Of a DNA stretch of 63,275 nucleotides, positions 63,023 through 63,275 are shown piece after piece (position 1 is the first letter of the stretch; every line of letters begins with the position of its first letter). Source of the DNA: Candidatus Omnitrophota bacterium (lineage in GTDB: Bacteria; Omnitrophota; Gorgyraeia; Velamenicoccales; Velamenicoccaceae). The stretch is from positions 1 to 63,275 of the forward strand of contig JAZDLG010000036.1 in NCBI GenBank assembly GCA_043802125.1, written 5' to 3'. A program made the position numbers and the translations under genes. The notes beneath the pieces are model-generated. The model did not search any database, had not been told where the DNA came from, and saw only the letters and a program-made list of their open reading frames with translations.

Positions 63023-63275
63023 GCGGTCAAGCCGATTGACAATTAGTATCCTTTAAGCTGAAACCCTTACGGGTCTTACACTTAGGACCTATCAACCCGG
63101 TGGTCTTCCGGGTGTCTATTCTTGTATTGCTACAAGAGGGAAGTCTATTCTTAAGGCGAGCTTGGCGCTTATATGCCTTCAGCGCTTATCTCTTCCGAAC
63201 ATGACTACCCAGCCTTTGCCCTTGGCAGGACAGCTGGAACACCAGAGGTTCGTTTGTCCTGGTCCTCTCGTACTA
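63023..63275 (-). rRNA. rrl: 23S ribosomal RNA, 3'-terminal ~250 nt (partial, continues beyond window)
   Basis: The reverse complement starts TAGTACGAGAGGACC (sarcin-ricin loop). It then contains GGAAGAGATAAGCGCTGAAGGCAT, GTTGATAGG and ACTAAT, as in the E. coli 23S 3' domain. Confidence 0.9.

Noticed and set aside
1-63275. CRISPR array, tRNA genes, integrase/transposase and prophage genes.
   Set aside because: There are no regularly spaced direct repeats; the E/B elements are dispersed singletons. I saw no tRNA-like T-arm (GGTTCGAATCC-type) context in any gap, including the 23S-5S spacer and downstream of 5S. No recombinase-like ORF is present.

Overview
This is a 63.3-kb chromosomal window from a mid-GC, diderm-type bacterium. 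My low-confidence guess is an Omnitrophota/PVC-like uncultivated lineage; I cannot verify that without a search.

Every credible gene is on the minus strand: about 69 CDS, a 5S rRNA and the 3' end of a 23S rRNA. Plus-strand ORFs in the track look like antisense shadows.

Gene content in plus-strand coordinate order:
- 10-11105: a type IV pilus / T2SS-like operon. In transcription order it runs HTH, PilM-PilN fusion, PilO-like, PilP-like, secretin, PilB, PilC, then 5 pilin/pseudopilin genes with a radical SAM twitch/SPASM enzyme embedded among them.
- 11301-16474: PilX-like, DUF2582 wHTH, a zinc-ribbon membrane protein, TonB-like, ExbD, ExbB and an 827-aa TPR protein.
- 16598-25962: uvrA, coupled to an envelope-modification cluster (B12-radical SAM, 2 methyltransferases, a methyltransferase-GT2 fusion, a DUF2079 GT-C-like membrane protein).
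- 26047-29600: a small basic tandem-repeat protein, nadX, panC, folK and an SPFH protein.
- 29713-57440: housekeeping genes, namely dapL-dapB-dapA-dapF-lysA, argHGFDBJC, rpsI-rplM, a GT-C-like membrane protein, truA, asd, leuBDC, fabF-acpP-fabG-fabD-fabH-plsX-rpmF-yceD, coaD and rsmD.
- 57441-59757: a small AT-rich accessory islet with PC4-like mini-genes, a 200-bp fold-back, a HEPN-like gene and vapBC.
- 59757-63275: recG, two more pilin genes, 5S rRNA and partial 23S rRNA.

Most interesting observations:
- A dispersed family of three-stem intergenic elements. The unpaired motifs are conserved and the stems covary. One copy is flanked by a 23-bp duplication of the leuB 3' end.
- An identical 20-bp perfect palindrome occurs both in the islet and in frame within argJ, just upstream of the autoproteolytic Thr.
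- The radical SAM gene sits inside the pilin block.

All coordinates of RNA and repeat ends are by eye (about +/-5 nt). No database search was possible.
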